Assembly: GCA_043228905.1 (NCBI GenBank)
Contig: JBHGNT010000022.1
Coordinates: forward strand, 12,524,001 to 12,588,000
Direction: 5' to 3'
DNA: 64,000 bases
Source of the DNA: Azolla caroliniana
Lineage: Eukaryota; Plantae; Polypodiophyta
Positions 49,052 to 60,818 of the stretch are shown here, one piece after another. Each line of letters starts with the position of its first letter. Position 1 is the first letter of the stretch. Below the pieces are notes generated by a model. The model saw only the letters and a program-made list of their open reading frames with translations. It had not been told where the DNA came from and did no database searches. A program made the position numbers and the translations under genes.

Positions 49052-51676
49052 TATAACGTTCGGTTTGTGTGAAGGATGTAAATACGAATTGTTGTAGCCG
49101 ATCTCGCAGCGTATCCCTTCGTAATTTCCCAAATCGTGATCCTACCCCGGTGGGACAGTCTAACTAATCATCACGGGCCCTAGGAAGTCACCTTCCATAT
49201 AATGACCCGATTGGCGGTCTTAGTAATACGCCGTGACCACAACTCTCTGTCGCACCACAATACCTTGTCTTGATTACCTAGGAGGGGTAACTGAAGGTGT
49301 TCTTTAGGAGGGAGCAACACAATTTGGCATGCCCATTTTACACTGTGAGTTCACAACAAACACACGTCGGAGAAAACCCAGGTCGCAGTAAGGGCACCCC
49401 CAAAGGAATATGCAGTCGGAAAACGTCTCGACGTGTAGAACAAGAAGACAACATCAACGACTCCGCTCTCACGGAGCAATCACCGCCTCTAGAATCAGAC
49501 ACGTAATTAGCCACCGTTCACGATTCTGCCTCGACTAGCAGTAGCGCCTTTGAACCCCTCCGACCTAAAGATCACCTCTTCTTGGTGGTACGAGAGAATC
49601 TCGACATCGACACAATGCCTTACCTTTACCCTAGATACAACGAGGGAAGTAACACGGAAGTGCATGTTTGTGCATTCCTCACCACATCGCAAGCTATCCG
49701 TTGTTGTGATGTGCCATGCTCGAGAGTGGGAAAAACCGGCGAAAGGGGGGGGTAAAAAATGTGCATGTGCAATGTGTGTGCACACAAAAACGATTAATTG
49801 TGCGTATGCAAAATAAAAAGGAAAAAGAAAGGGTGAAAAGGAGGTATAGAAGCTCGTGCAAAAAGTAAGAGAGAGGAGAGATAAAAGGTAGAGGGGAGAC
49901 ATGCTATGAATTTATAAAGATAGAATTATATGTTATATAAGACAGAGTTAGTGGGTTAGTGGATAGTCACATTGACTACTAACTAGAGGTGCATGGTTCA
50001 AATTTGGACTTACAGTGCAACGTGATTTAAGGATTTTTATTCCTTTTTCATTGAAGACAAATTTGGCGATCCCCCTTCTTTTTTTCCTATAAAAGGAGGT
50101 CGAGGGGGGCTCATTCGGGAGGATGTTTTGGGAGGAGGAGACTATCGCCAATTTTCCTTCGAAGCTCTTCATCTTCTTATTCACCACTTCTCTTTATCTC
50201 ATACCCCTTCATCCCCCCCATCGCCACGTGCTCGTCTTCTTCGCGTCGGCACTCGAAGTGCTCGTGAGCCCAAGCTCCGCCCCGTTCGTCGTTGCGAGCC
50301 CATGTGCTCGCCGTTCGGGAGGTCATGGTTCGTTGGGATTGGCATTTTGGTGGTGCTCGTGTGTTCATCTTCGCCGTGTTCGGATTTGCTTTTATCTCTA
50401 AGGGCATTTAATATTTATGTTTTGATTGAGCTTGTAGTTAACTATAAGTTGCCATTGTAAACAAACCCCTATTTTATAAAGGGTCCTCTTGCGTTGGAAT
50501 CGAACATGTATTTATCTCTTTGGTCGATATCATTCGTGTATCTTTCTCTCCCTCTTTCTTTATTCGTGTCTTCCTTGTACGTTTGGCCGTCTTGTGATAA
50601 GGGAGCGTTTCGGGCATGCCCATGCACCTCTCCTCGTCATAAACACGTTCGAGCATCTGTGCCTGTGTTTGTGTCTTTCGTGTACATTCGGCCGTCTTGT
50701 GACGAGGGGACCGTTCGGGCTTGCCCATGCACCTCTCCTCCTCATAAAGGCGTACAAGCATTTGTGCGTGTGTTTGTGTCTTCCGTGTACGTTCGGCCGT
50801 CTTGTGACGAGGGAACCGTTCGGGCTTGCCCATGCACCTCTCCTCCTCATAAAGGCGTACGAGCATTTGTGCGTATGTTTGTGTCTTCCGTGTACGTTCG
50901 GCTTGCTTGTGACGAGGGGACCGTTCGGGCTTGCCCATGCACCTCTCCTCCTCATAAAGGCGTACGAGCATTTGTGCGTGTGTTTGTGTCTTTCTTGTAC
51001 TTTCGGCCGTCTTGTGACGAGGGGACCGTTCGGGCTTGCCCATGCACCTCTCCTCCTCGTAAAGGCGTACGAGCATTTATGTGTGTGTTTGTGTCCTCCT
51101 TGTACGTTCGGCCGTCTTGTGACGAGGGAGCGTTTCGGGCGTGCCCATGCACCTCTCCTCCTGATAAAGACGTACGAGCATTTGTGTGTGTGTGTGTCTT
51201 CCTTGTACATTTGGCCGTCTTGTGACGAGGGACCGTTTCGGGCTTGCCCATGCACACCTCCTCCTCATAAAGGCGTATGAGCATTTTGTGTGTGTGTTCG
51301 TGTCTTCCTTGTACGTTTGGTCGTCTCGTGACGAGGTAGCGTTCGGGCTTGCCCATGTACCTCTCCTCCTCATAAAGACGTACGGACATTCGTGTTTGTG
51401 TTATCATCCCCTTGTGCGTTCATGTTGCGTGCTCATCTTGCTTGTACCCGTTTGGTCACTTGGCTTGTGCGGTGATCTCGAAAGGTCGACGAGTCGTGAT
51501 CAACGAGAGCCACTGGCCTCACAAAACAAAGGGCAATGAGACCTTGCTCGGGAAGGGGTCGGGAAGTAGTATTGTCGTAAAGCAAACCTCGGGTCTTCTC
51601 TATCCCTTGAGTACTCCCTAGTCCAAGACCCCCGTGGTCCCGCCCAAGTAACACATGTGCGCGAAACTTCGCGACA
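49052..51676. mobile_element. Large probable LTR (~2.6 kb)
   Basis: Ends T(a)TAACG...TCGCGACA resemble the other TGTCGYGA-ended elements. TATA-like ctataaaagg near 50087. No TSD was found and the left boundary is uncertain. Confidence 0.55.
50555..51400. repeat. 105-bp tandem repeat, ~8 copies
   Basis: gcccatgcacctctcctc recurs at 50618, 50723, 50828, 50933, 51038, 51143 and onward. Confidence 0.93.
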
Positions 51677-54040
51677 CCGTGTGTCACAACGCTTGGCCAT
51701 GACCGATGTAGAGACATCGAAGATCGTGGAGTTCGGCTTGTCCCTCGATGAGCAAGCAACGAACTGGTACTCTCAACACGACTTGGGGGGGTTTTCCTCA
51801 TTAAAAGACCTCCAAGACAATTTCATCCACCTCTTCCACTAGCAAATACCTAAGCGAGAACTACAGAGCCAGTTCTATGCCATCTCACAGGAGCCCTGAG
51901 AGACGATCCCTCAATTTATGATTCGGAGAAATTCCAGTCGACAACCTGAAGGAGACCTTCCTTACGGCTCTCTACAAGCCCCTCCGAACCACCTTGGCAC
52001 TCTCCGACTTTTTTCAATAGACTCTTGAGCAAGTAATCAATCGTGCCTTCACTATGGATAGCGCCCAAAACAACAACCCTTTCTCCATGAGCTCCCTCTG
52101 AGGCACTTTACCGAAAACCAAAGAGGTCCAATTTAGGCAGGTCCTACAATGCACCACTTGGTTGAACCCAAGACACTCGGTAGTGGAATACACCCTACGT
52201 TGGCATTGCTCGATCTATCATTCCCACACTCACACTCTCGATCAATGTGAGTACAACTTGGTGAACCACGTCGCCGCTCCGGTTTGACAAATCAAACCAT
52301 GAAATGATTGGTTCCGACACGATGATCGAGTTTGCCAGCTGCCTCGCTTTCGGCCTGTCGAGGGCACCTATGGCCACTGTCGCCACGACTACGACTGCGA
52401 TGAAGCTATGAGCCTCGGTACCAATAGGAACCACGTACAGAGAGGAGGCCTCCCAACAATAATTGATCTCCGAATAATCGACAATATGGAAATAATCAGC
52501 GCCCCTCGAACAATTGGCACCGAGATAATCCTCGGTCGGACTACCTTTGCCCTCCTCCAAACACAGAACAACGAGATGATTGTTGCTGATCCTCGCATTA
52601 CGACCCGCTACCCCATGATGAACCTCTCTTACAACCTCTGTCGTCTCAAACCGAACAAGGGGAATGTAGCAAATCCGCCCCCGTAATCTGCATTCAATGT
52701 AACAAACCTGGGCACTATGCCACGCAATATCCAACCAATGATCGTAAAAAGGGCCTGATAGTCAACACCATCACAGTCGAGGTCCAACAAATTATGATAT
52801 GTAGTAAAGCTCAACAAACACAATGGGATGTCCAAGATGAGATTCATCAAGTTGCGAAAACTTGGATCGAAAAAGGAAATCCGCCCCCCTAATTTGCTTT
52901 CAATGTAACAAATCTCGGCACTAAGCCATGCAATGTCCAAACCAATGATTGCAGAAAGGGCCCGATAGTCAACACCATCACAACTGAGGTTCAGCAAGTT
53001 ACGACACGCAGTAAAGCCCAACAAACGCAATGGGATGTCCAGGACGAGATTCGTCAAGCTCTGAAAACTTGGATCGAAAAAGCCAATACTACGAATGTTG
53101 ACCGCATGAACATGGAAATGCAAGATATCTCCATCGGTAGAGCCTCTTCACCTGCCCCCACCGAGCTTTCTAAAAACGACCTGATTTGGCAAGCCTTAAC
53201 CAGTTGCCAAATATCCATGCCGCTCAGTAAGCTTCAACACCTGCTTCCCCGCTTCAAGGAAACGGTCGTATCCATGACCATCGGCAAGGAATGGTTGAAC
53301 ATGCTTGCACACCTCACCAAGTCGAGTGAAGGTCTACTGGTGATGGACGCCTAGAACCCGGCAGTCAAGCTACTCGTCAAGGGGCAAGAAGTGCGCAACT
53401 GCATCATCAATGGCGGCTCCGGAGTCAACGTCATTAGCAAGGCCACCTACCAAGACCTAGACATTACACAATGGGAACCTTATTCATTTTGGCTATGGAT
53501 GGCCGACACCCATTCCGTACGTCCCCTCTGCCTTATTCGGCAACTTGTTTTCATCCTCGGTGGCCATACCTTCACAATCTTGACGGTGGTATTGCGCCTC
53601 GAAATGTCAGGCGTCTACCCAATGTTGCTTGCATGAGCTTGGTTACGCATGGCCAATATCAAGCAGCACTGGCAATGCAATACAATATCTTTTCAACGAG
53701 GGAAGACCAAGATCCGAGTCACCACCGACCATTGTCTCACAACGTCGAAGGACACTAACCCCATGTACACTGAAGGTGTCCACATGCTCGATGGATTAGC
53801 CGATGAGGAAGTTGCCAGTTACCTCAACGATCACTTGAAGATAATACCTTTGTTTGATATCGACATCGTCGAAGTCGTCAACCCCTATGTATCCGAATCA
53901 GCTAGGGAAGATTAGGATGCCTTCCAAGATCCTAACCTGAAGTCTGTGAAGGAACTCTAGCATGCCCGCGAAGCCCTGGAATGAGAATTAGAAATATCTC
54001 AATGAGTGAAGGCTTCGACGCTTGAATAAATAGATCTCGG

Positions 54041-55892
54041 TGTCGTGAAAATCTGTCACTATGTGCGGATCGTGAGGCGGAACCACCGGGTTTATGGACG
54101 GGAAGGAAATAGGGTTCACACGCACAACACAAGGAAGGCTTACACAAACAAGGCATGCGTATTCGAATGTGTTTGTGAAAAGGAGAGGTGCATGGGCAAG
54201 CCCGAATCAACCCCTAGTCACAAGGCGAACGAATGCACATGAGGAATGCTTACACATGGACACACGAGGAAAATGCCTTTGTGAAAAGAGAGGTGCATGG
54301 GCAAGCCCGAACACTCCCTTGTTACAAGACACGTGAACACACAAGGAAAAGGCTTACTTACACACACGAGAGACAGAGTTTCGAATGCCTTTGTGAAAAG
54401 AGAGGTGCATGGGCAAGCCCTAACGCTCCCTTGTTACAAGACACGTGAACACACAAGCAAGGTTTAGACATGGGAGACACAATTTCGAACGCGTTTGTGA
54501 AAGGAGAGGTGCATGGGAAAGCCCGAATGCTCCCTTGCCACAAGTCGCATGAACACACAAGCAAGATTTACCCTAACATGCAAGACACGATTTCGAACAC
54601 CTTTGTGAAAGGAGAGGTGCATGGGAAAGCCCGAAACGCTCTCTTGTCACAAGACACACAAACAGATAAGCACAAATGACAATAACATATAAGACACGTA
54701 AGTTTGAATGGCTTTGTGAAAGGAGAGGTGCATGGGCAAGCCCGAAATGCTCCCTTGTCACAAGACACACAAACAAATAAGCACAAATGACAATAACATA
54801 TAAGAGACGTAGGTTTGAATGCCTTTGTGAAAGGAGAGGTGCATGGGCAAGGCCGAAATGCTCCCTTGTCACAAGACACACAAACAAATAAGCACAAATG
54901 ACAATAACATATAAAATACGTAAGTTTGAATGTCTTTGTGAAAGGAGAGGTGCATGCGCAAGCTCGAAATGCTCCCTTGTCACAAGACACACAAATAAAT
55001 AAGCACAAATGACAATAACATATAAGATATGTAAGTTTGAATGCCTTTGTGAAAGGAGAGGTGCATGGGCAAGCCCGAAACGCTCCCTTGTCACAAGACA
55101 CACAAACAAATAAGCGGAAATGACGATAACATATAAGACACGTAGGTAAAACAAAACATTAGTTTATTACAATATAATAGATTCTTTTATAAAATAAGAA
55201 TCAATTTTACAACGGGTTTGATATGAATATGAGAGATAATTTATAAAGGAAGGGGTAAGAGAGGTGGAGGAAAGAAGAGAGTGGAATATAGAAGAAGGTG
55301 ATTCTTTGTTGATGACGCCTCTCAATGTTGTTAATCCTTCTTCTTTTGCCTTCCAATTGAGTAGAGCTTCCACGTTCCTTCTCCCTCCCCCCCTTCTTCA
55401 CTAGAATAGGCTGTTATTTATTGGTCTAGGATTGCTTGCTTTTTCCCCTAAAAAAAGCTTGTCTATATGAATCGACTTTTCTTTTCCTCACTATTTCTAT
55501 TTTCTAGCCCCAAATTTCACATGCAAGATATTCATGGAAAACTGTTTGGGTTACCTTTCTTATGCATCTTTTCTTTTCTAATTTGGACATCTGACGAGGA
55601 AATTATGAGCTTTTTTCACTACTGTGCTCCTCATATCCACACGTGTTTTTTTTCCCTCTCCATCTTTTTCTCTAGTTTTGTCTACTTTTGAAAACCGCCG
55701 CTAACTTAATATTTATCATTATTTATTGTAAGGTTCAATCCTCTGACCTTTTATTTATAAGGAATTATCTTTGGGAAAATGAAAAAGTATTTTTGCTACC
55801 AATAAAGTTGACTTCACAATACTAGTTTATTTAAACTACTAATTTGCTTCTTTTCGAGGGTGGTTTCTCACTGTGTTAGAAACATCACGACA
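54041..55892. mobile_element. Solo-LTR-like insertion (1852 bp) with perfect 8-bp terminal IR and 4-bp TSD
   Basis: Ends TGTCGTGA...TCACGACA, with TCGG on both sides (54037-54040, 55893-55896). Excision restores pol IDLGT. Confidence 0.88.
54165..55145. repeat. ~104-113-bp tandem repeat, ~9 copies
   Basis: ttgtgaaaggagaggtgcatgggcaagcccgaa core. The last units are 111 bp. Confidence 0.92.
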
Positions 55893-57505
55893 TCGGCACA
55901 TTCGAGTAACCACGCCTGCTAAAAATTGCGAATGAACTACAAAGACCCTGCTATTGGACTAGAAAGACGTCTTCGCCTGGTCTTATATCGATATGAAAGG
56001 CCTTGACCCTCGCTATTACCAACACCAAATCCATTCTAAGCAGGATGCCAGACCCATGCAACAACAACGCTATCGAATGAACCCCAATTATGCGGCCAAG
56101 GTGAAAGAAAAAATCGACAAACTCCTGCAAGTTGATTTCATTTGGTCCATCAAGCGAGCCACGTGGCTTAGCCTGATAGTCGTCATCCTGTAGAAAAATG
56201 ACAAGATACAAGTTTGCGTCGACTATTGGATATTAAATGCCGAAACCGCGAGTGATGCGTTTACCTTACCCCTCAGAGATGGCATCCTGGATGCGGTTGT
56301 GGGCCATGAGCCGTATAGTTCCTTGGATGGCTTTAGTGGGTATAACCAAATTCCTACGAAGACCACCTTCATCATCGAGTGGGGCATCTTCGTAGCAGTT
56401 GTGATGATGTTAAGACTAAAAATGCCCCCAACCACCTTCCATCTAATCATCACAGAAATCTTTGGTGAGTAAATTCCGGCCTTCATGTAGGTTTTTCTGG
56501 ACATTTTTCTTGTTTATGAACGCCAACAAGAGCATCTCGACCAATTACGTCTCTGCCTGGAAAGATGTTGGCATGCTCGATTAAGCCTCAATCCAACAAA
56601 ATGTGCATTCAGCGTGTCCAGTGGCGCCCTACTTGGGCATATCATGAGGCGGGAAGGGATTGCAATGGAGCTCGACAAGGTCAATACAATTCTTGCTGCT
56701 CTGGCTCTCAACCGGTTCTTAGGACAAATCGGATGGCACAGTTGCATGCTCCGCCATTTGGACAATTTCGGGACTCCCTTGCACGTAACGGTTCACCGAA
56801 CGCCCTTCCGATGGACTTCCACAGAGAATGAGGTATATATGGCCTTGAAAATCATGTTGTCTCACGCACCCGTAGTCCAACCACCTGATAGGATACAACC
56901 TTTCCACGTGTTTGTCGATGCATCAGACATGGCTATAGGCAGGGCTCTCATGCAGATGACACCTTCTAACTGGGATCAGCTAGTATATTACGCCAATAGA
57001 TGTCTCTCGGTTGCCGAAAAGAACTATTGGACTATTGAGAGAGAAGCTCTCGGGATGGTATACATCATAACCAAGTTTCGGCATTACCTTCTTGGCCGAA
57101 AATTTAGTTTTCATGTCGACCACTTGACTCTCCTTTACTTGGTCATGAAGTAGTCTCTTACGGGCCAGACTAGCTCGATCGATGCTTTTATTACAAGAGT
57201 TCTAGTTTGACCTCCATCATCGACTAGGGGTACAACATGCCGTGGCCGACTACCTTAGTTGCCACGAATTAGGCGAGCCAGCTGAAGGCGTTCTTGATGA
57301 TCTTCTAGATGCCGATATTTTTGGCATTACTGCAACTTCTCACAACCTGGATCCTGAAGAAAAGTGGATAAATGAAATGGTGCAATTTCTCAACACCGAC
57401 CTTCCACTGGAGAACTTGACACACGATGAAAAGAAACGTTTGGCCGTCCGTAGTCAGAATTTCTGCCTACTGCACGACACCTTATATCACAAAGGCATAG
57501 ACGGC

Positions 57506-58560
57506 AGATTTCCGGTTACGGTATGAAACCGGGATGGAATGGGCAAGTCAGCGGTGTGCAACATGTACACATGTACAATGTAAAATGGTGTATAGAATAA
57601 AGGGGGGAGAATTTATCCCACATTGTAATGTCTCTCCCTCCTTGGGCTATAAAAGGAAGGGAGGGGTATCTTGTGAAGGGGTTGCCAATTTTGAGTTAGG
57701 AGGGTATACCATTAGGTTCAAGGTATGATAATCTTTCTTCTTCTTACTTTCTTGTTTTTATTAGGGTTCTTCGTGTTCTTCTTCGTGTTCTTCTTCATCG
57801 TCGTGTTGGTTGAGTCTTCGTGTCTGTTTAGGGTTTAGTCCGGTTAGGAGCTCGTATGTCTAAAGGGGTTTAGGCTTTTGCTCGTCTCCTGTGCGAGACC
57901 TTGCTTGGCGTGACAAGCCCGAGAGCTCCCCGATCGGCGGCTTGGCAGCTGACTGCTGTTGTAACCTAACCCAACTTGGTCCAGCTTGAATCCGGAGTTG
58001 TATCTTACTCTTGTACATATATAATGAAGTTCTGTGCATCTGTGTTGGTGTCTTTGGAGTTCCTTCTTTCTGGTTTCTGTACATAGGATACATGTGTCTA
58101 GTCTGTGTCGGTGTCTTTGGAGTTCCTTCTTTCTGGTTTCTGTACATAGGATGCGTGTGCCCATTTTGAGTTAGGAGGGTATACCATTAGGTTCAAGGTA
58201 TGATAATCTTTCTTCTTCTTACTTTCTTGTTTCTATTAGGGTTCTTCGTGTTCTTCTTCTTCTTTATCGTCGTGTGGGTTGAGTCTTCGTGTCTGTTTAG
58301 GGTTTAGTCCAGTTAGGAGCTCGTATGTCTAAAAGGGTTTAGACTTCTAGCCATCTCTTGTGCAAGACCCCGCTCGGTGTGACGAGCCCGAGAACTCCCC
58401 GATCGGCGGCTTGGAAGCTGACTGCTATTGTAACACAAGAGTTGTATCTTACTCTTGTACATATATAATGAAGTTCTGTGCATCTGTGTCGGTGCCTCTA
58501 GAGTTCCTTCTTTCTGGTTTCTATACATAGGATGCGTGTGTCTAGTCGGTGTTGTGCGCT
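57506..58560 (+). mobile_element. Truncated LTR of the 1578-2339 family with ~475-bp internal tandem duplication
   Basis: Reverse-complement homology to 1760-2332. ttttgagttaggagggtatacc occurs at ~57690 and ~58165. Confidence 0.8.
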
Positions 58561-58584
58561 CTCTCTCTCTCTCTCTCTCTTTCT

Positions 58585-59752
58585 CTTTATCGACGGTTGG
58601 CCCATAACGATTGCCTTATCAATCACTTGCTCGATATTTTGATTCCGGAAATCGAACACCTTCAGTGTTGTTCGTAATGGTTCACGAATTGCCTCAAGGA
58701 ACACATCCTTCAATTCATTGTCCGAAATAGGCCTGGAAATTTGAAGTTGCAAATTCTGAAAACGGATCATGAATTGAGACACGTTTCATGTTGCTCCTGA
58801 TACAACGCATAAAATTGCGCTATCAAATCCTTTTGAGGTATCTGACGATGAAATAACTGCAGAAATTTGCTGGTCAATTGTTCGAATGTTTCGAACCCAC
58901 GGAGACCATTTTGCGCAAACCAATTAGCGGAATAACCATCCAATGACAAAACGAACTCAACAATCTTAGACTTATCTTCGGCTGCCACCGATAGTCTCTG
59001 AGCTCCATGGTTAATCTCCCATGCTGTTAGGGTTCTGCATCAGCTCCCTCACATGTGCTTCTGCATCAGCTCCCTCACGGAACTTAGAATACGGATAAGG
59101 CGTATTGTCCTCACTCCAGATATCGTAAAATGATACCTCTTCCATCTGATTTTCGTCCGAAGATTGGCTATCACTTAAATTAGGAAGTACAGACCAACTT
59201 CTACTTGTTTCCGGCTGTAATTCCTCAACTGATTCTGTCTCTAGCGCCTTCGTAATAGAACGCGTATGAGTACGTTTACAACCGACTGGTGTATCCGGAT
59301 CAGACGACATCCATTCGTCTTGTTCTTTGTTATGTGCAGATGTAACCGGGCATGCCAAAATTATACTGTGTTGTTCGGTCGACAATTACTACTTTGTCGA
59401 CACAGTATAAGACGAATGTTCGTACCGAACGTTCTATCAAGAAGTTGTGGTTAGATGAATAGATACGAATTAGTTGTAAACTTATCGGTGATAATAGGCA
59501 CCGAGATTGTGACTTATGTAATATAGCGTACACAAAGGTTTCCTAACTAAACTTTATATTACTAAATACAACGATAGATTTTTACAATGCATTCGATTCC
59601 TTTTTGCCTATAATTATCAATAATTACAAAACTTCGTAACTATATCCTATTCGGCTATCTGCTGAGTCATCGATCCGAACTGTCGATCTGACTCTGACTC
59701 TGACTCCGAACTTCCTTCCGACTCCGACACATCCATACTTGTCCGGGTAACA
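58585..59752 (-). mobile_element. 5' part of another gypsy (short LTR ~59508-59752, decayed gag)
   Basis: Gag KIVEFVLSLDGYSANWF is homologous to the gag at 51700. TGTTACCC start at 59752 interrupts a transposase. Confidence 0.7.
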
Positions 59753-60482
59753 ATGTGAATCATCATTTGTATGACCAACTAGCAAGAAGTTGACCTTAAT
59801 ATTTTTGAAAATAACCTTGTCTACCAACATGCTCAAATAACCAAACACAGTTGAGTTCTTGTTTTATCTCGCCGTGTTGTCAAGTTGCATGTATAGTTCT
59901 AGTGGGAGTAAACCTTGCCAACTCTGCAGAACTCTTTGCATGTCTGTCACTGTAAGTTAGGAACAGTTGAGGCCTTATTGTCTGACAATATAGAAGACAT
60001 CCTACTAAGTGCATCTACAATACGCATTCATCTCCAACATCCTTGGGCAACCTTCGAAAATGTGGCAAACAAGTTTTCTTCTGATCCATCCCATCTATAA
60101 TCAAGCACATATATCTTTCTGGCGATTGAAGCGCTTTTTGACGATGGTGCATAACTTTAGATCTTTCCAACGCCTGGCTTTCTCGATGTTCTCTCAATAA
60201 ATTCTTATATTTTGTTATTTCTTCCTCTGTTGTCCCACTCTTTGCCATACTTTTTAAACTCACACGTATAGAACAAACACCCATCCGGACCTTGCGGGGT
60301 ATGAACACATTGTTAAACTTCGATCTCCATAAACGATTAAAATGTCGATATTGTATGTAAGGTACACTTTCCAATAACATGCCATCCTTATCTGCTTGGT
60401 ATACCCCATGACGAGTGAAGTTATCTGACAAATGTAACCTTCCAGTGGTGGGCATAACATCACATTGCTTCGAGAAATATAT
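59753..60482 (-). pseudogene. DDD transposase fragment, Sola1/DUF7869-like
   Basis: D.MP, F..LW...F..V.IP, IIDGMDQKKT.LPH, LYMQLDNTAR*NKN and FLLVGHT.DD. Two stops seen, and both ends are cut by insertions. Confidence 0.65.
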
Positions 60483-60777
60483 GGGTCGAAGCATGCTACG
60501 GTGTACCAACTTTTGGCCAAAAATTTAGTACTAAATCAAGGAAGAAAATAAACATAAAAAATTGAAAATAAAACAATTACTGCAGAAAATAGTGGATTAT
60601 CATCCATTGAATGAGGTTCAAGTTCAAATAACAAATTCAATACGAATGTACAAAGATATTATACGTCACAATCGAAGTGTCCCAAGGCCGTATTTAATAC
60701 ATTAACTAGAACTTCATTCTCCTAGGTAGAGTTGTACGAAAGCAGACCTGGAGAAGGTTTCGAATGTGTTAGTTGGT

Positions 60778-60818
<41 letters not shown>

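Larger units (their letters stand above)
51677..57505 (+). mobile_element. Decayed Ty3/gypsy gag-pol (non-chromovirus-like)
   Basis: Gag (IVEFGLSLDEQATNWY), protease (IINGGSGVNVIS), RT (YRMNP, LDGFSGYNQI, LNPTKC), RNase H (FVDASD, EREALG, FRHYLLG) and INT start (ADYLS, LYHKG). Many stops. Confidence 0.88.

Noticed and set aside
50474-51407. Long repetitive ORFs (200-263 aa) in several frames
   Set aside because: By-product of a 105-bp (multiple of 3) tandem repeat. The frames are open on both strands and show no protein features.
54568-55154. Cys-rich repeat ORFs resembling metallothionein
   Set aside because: Translation of the 111-bp tandem repeat inside an LTR-like insertion.
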